Assembly (NCBI RefSeq): GCF_004010195.1
Contig: NC_057718.1
Coordinates: forward strand, 80,843,561-80,907,560
Length of the DNA stretch: 64,000 nt
Direction of reading: 5' to 3'
Origin: Chiloscyllium plagiosum
Taxonomy: Eukaryota
Part shown: positions 61,039 through 64,000 of the stretch, in pieces
How positions within the stretch are numbered: position 1 is the stretch's first letter
Layout of the letters: each line of letters starts with the position of its first letter
The notes under the pieces: generated by a model
The model's input: only the letters and a program-made list of their open reading frames with translations
Databases searched by the model: none
Told to the model about the DNA's origin: nothing
Translations under genes and position numbers: made by a program

Positions 61039-64000
61039 CTTGGAAAATGTAGGGGGTGATGGATTCTCAGGGGAACGTAGCACAAACAGCCAAGTTTCTG
61101 GTATTGAGACTGGCTCTAATGCAATGAGGGGTACGTCTGCTTCCAAGAGATCAATTGTGTTAGGGGATTCTGTAGTCCGAGGTACAGACAGATGTTTCTG
61201 TGGCCAGCAGAGAAAAAGCAGAATGGTGTGTTGTTTCCCTGGAGCCAGGATCAAGGATGTCTCGGAGAGGGTGCAGAATGTTCTCACGGGGGAGAGGGGC
61301 CAGCAAGAGGTCATTGTCCATATTAGAACCAACGATATAGGAAGGGAAAAGGTTGAGATTCTGAAGGGAGATTACAGAGAGTTAGGCAGAAATTTAAACA
61401 GGAGGTCCTCAAGGGTAGTAATATCTGGATTACTCCCAGTGCTACGAGCTAGTGAGGGCAGGAATAGGAGGATAGAGCAGATGAATGCATGGCTGTGGAG
61501 CTGGTGTATGGGAGAAGGATTCACATTTTTGGATCATTGGAATCTCTTTTGGGGTAGAAGTGACCTGTACAAGAAGAATGGATTGCACCTAAATTGGAAG
61601 GGGACTAATATATTGGCAGGGAAATTTTCTAGAACTGCTTGGGAGGATTTAAACTAGTAAGGTGGCGGGGGGGGATGTTTGGTGGTGGGACCCAGGGAGA
61701 TAGTGAGGAAAGAGATCGATCTGAGAACAGAAGTGAGTCAAACAGTCAGGGCAGGCAGGGACAAGGTAGGACTAATAAACTGTATTTATTTCAATGCAAG
61801 GGGCCTAGCAGGGAAGGCAGATGACCTCAGGGCATGGTTAGGAACATGGGACTGGGATATCATAGCAATTACAGAAACATGGCTCAGGGATGGATAGGAC
61901 TGGCAGCTTCATGTTCCAGGATACAAATGCTACAGGAAGGATAGAAAGGGAGGCAAGAGGAGGGGGAGTGGCATTTTTGATAAGGGATAGCATTACAGCT
62001 GTGCTGAAGGAGGATATTCTCAGAAATACATCCAGGGAAGTTATTTGGGTGGAACTGAGAAATAAAAAAAGGGATGATCACCTTTTGGGATTGTATCATA
62101 GTTCCCCTAATAGTCAGAGGGAAATTAAGAAACAAACTTGTAAGGCGATCTCAACTATCTGTAAGAATAATAGGGTAGTTATGGTAGGGGATTTTAACTT
62201 TCCAAACATTGACTGGGATTGCCATTGTGTTAAAGGCTTAAATGGAGAGGAATTTCTTAAGTGCATACAAGACAATTTTCTGATTCAGTATGTGGATGTA
62301 CCTTCTAGAGAAGGTGCAATTCTTGACCTACTCTTGGGAAATAAGGCAGGGTAGGTGACTAAGGTGTCAGTGGGGGAGCACTTTGGGGCCAGCGACCATA
62401 ATTCTATTCTTTTTAAAATAGTGATGGAAAAGGATAGTTGAAGTTCTAAATTGGAGAAAGGCCAATTTTGACGGTATGAGGCAAGAACCTTCAAAAGCTG
62501 ATTGGAGGAAGATGTTCGCAGGTAAAGGGACGTCTGGAAAATGGGAAGCCTTCAGAAATGAGATAACAAGAATCCAGAGAAAGTATATTCCTGTCAGGGT
62601 GAAAGGGAAGGCTGGTCGGTATAGGGAACGCTGGATGACTAAAGAAATTGAGGATTTGGTTAAGAAAAAGAAGGAAGCATATGTCAGGTATAGACAGGAT
62701 AGATTGAGTGAATCCTTAGAAGAGTATAAAGGAAGTAGGAGTATACTTAAAAGGGAAATCAGGAGGGCATAAAGGGGACATGAGATAGCTTTGGCAAATA
62801 GAATTAAGGAGAATCCAAAGGGTGTTTACAAATATATTAAGGACAAAAGGGTAACTAGGGAGACAATAGGGCCCTAAAGCATCAGCAAGTGGCCTTTGTG
62901 TGGAGCCACAGAAAATGGGGGAGATACTAAATTAATATTTTGCATCAGTATTTACTGTGGAAAAGGATATGGAAAATATAGACTGTAGGGAAATAGATGG
63001 TGACATCTTGCAAAATGTCCAGATTACAGAGAAGGAAATGTTGGATGTCTTGAAACGGTTAAGGGTGGATAATTCCCAGGACCTGATCAGGTGTACCTTA
63101 CAACTTTGTGGGAAGCCTAGGGAAGTGATTGCTGGGCCTTTTGTTGAGATATTTGTATCATCGATAGTCACAGTTGACGTGCTGGAAGACTGGAGGTTGG
63201 CTAATGTGGTGCCACTGTTTAAGAAATGTGGTAAAGACAAGCCAGGGAATTATTAACCTGACGTCAATGGTGGGCAAGTTGGTGGAGGGAATCCTGAGGG
63301 ACAGGATGTACATGTATTTGGAAAGGCAAGGACTGATTAGGGATAGTCAACACGGCTTTGTGCTTGGGAAATCATGTCTCACAAACTTGATTGAGTTTTT
63401 TGAAGAAGTAACAAAGAAGATTGATGAGGGCAGAGCAGTAGATGTGATCTATATGGAACTTCAGTAAGGCGTTCGACAAGGCTCCCCTTGGGAGATTTAT
63501 TATCAAGGTTAGATCTCATGGAATACAGGGAAAACTAGCCATTTGGATACAGAACTGGCTCAAAGGTAGAAGACAGAGGGTGGTGGTGGAAGGTTGTTTT
63601 TCAGACTGGAGGCCTGTGACCAGTGGAGTGTCACAAGGATCGGTGCTGTGTCCTCTACTTTTTGTCATTTACATAAATGATTTGGATGCAAGCAGAAGAG
63701 GTACAGTTAGTAAGTTTGCAGATGACACCAAAATTGGAGGTGTAGTGAACAGCGAAGAGGGTTACTTCAGATTACAACAGGATCCGGACCAGAGGGGCCA
63801 ATGGGCTGAAAAGTGGCAGATGGAGTTTAATTCAGATAAATGCGAGGTGCTGCATTTTGGGAAAGCAAATCTTATACACTTAATGGTAAGGTCCTAGGAA
63901 GTGTTGCTGAACAAAGAGACCTTTGAGTGCAGGTTCATTGCTCCTTGAAAGTGGAGGCATAGGTAGATCGGATAGTGAAGAAGGCATTTGGTATGCTTTC
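61039..64000 (+). mobile_element. CR1 (subfamily A) from mid-ORF1 through RT, running off the window end
   Basis: Open ORF1 esterase stretch IVLGDSVVRG..CFPGARIKD..HIRTND..NGLHLN to the stop at 61657; ORF2 pieces YFNARGL, VGDFNFP, QHGFVLGKSCLTNL, FADDTKIGG. Confidence 0.95.

Noticed and set aside
60941..61657. 238-aa ORF with a hydrophobic, signal-peptide-like start fused to an esterase
   Set aside because: The first about 33 codons are flanking DNA fortuitously in frame with a 5'-truncated CR1 ORF1, and the catalytic-block residues are mutated (RTND, NGLH).
1..64000. CRISPR arrays, rRNA, operons or prokaryotic defence systems
   Set aside because: No regularly spaced direct repeats, rRNA-like sequence or gene-dense organisation; the sequence is a repeat-rich vertebrate locus.

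Overview
This is eukaryotic (vertebrate) genomic DNA, most likely from a shark or other elasmobranch, judging by HE1/V-SINE-type SINEs and very abundant CR1 LINEs. The only host coding sequence I can support is a 161-nt terminal exon of PACRG (Parkin co-regulated gene) or a close paralog at 53767-53927 (+), which the ORF track misses. If that is right, 1-53766 is the 3' part of a long last intron and the rest is 3' UTR/flank. Roughly half the window is transposon-derived: about 20 CR1 pieces (two near full-length, with zinc-finger/SGNH-esterase ORF1 and endonuclease-RT ORF2, all frameshifted), V-SINEs, a Rex1/Babar LINE inserted in a decayed Gypsy pol, Harbinger remnants, a TA-flanked MITE and a probable solo LTR. 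There is a 297-nt assembly gap. The most intriguing signal is a family of at least 7 short Penelope-like inserts, most with 12-17 bp target-site duplications, several with fold-back structure and a minimal hammerhead-ribozyme core (CUGANGA..GAAA..GUC). I see no convincing evidence for a wholly new biological system; nearly all long ORFs in the track are dead retroelement fragments. Repeat boundaries were read by eye and are approximate.
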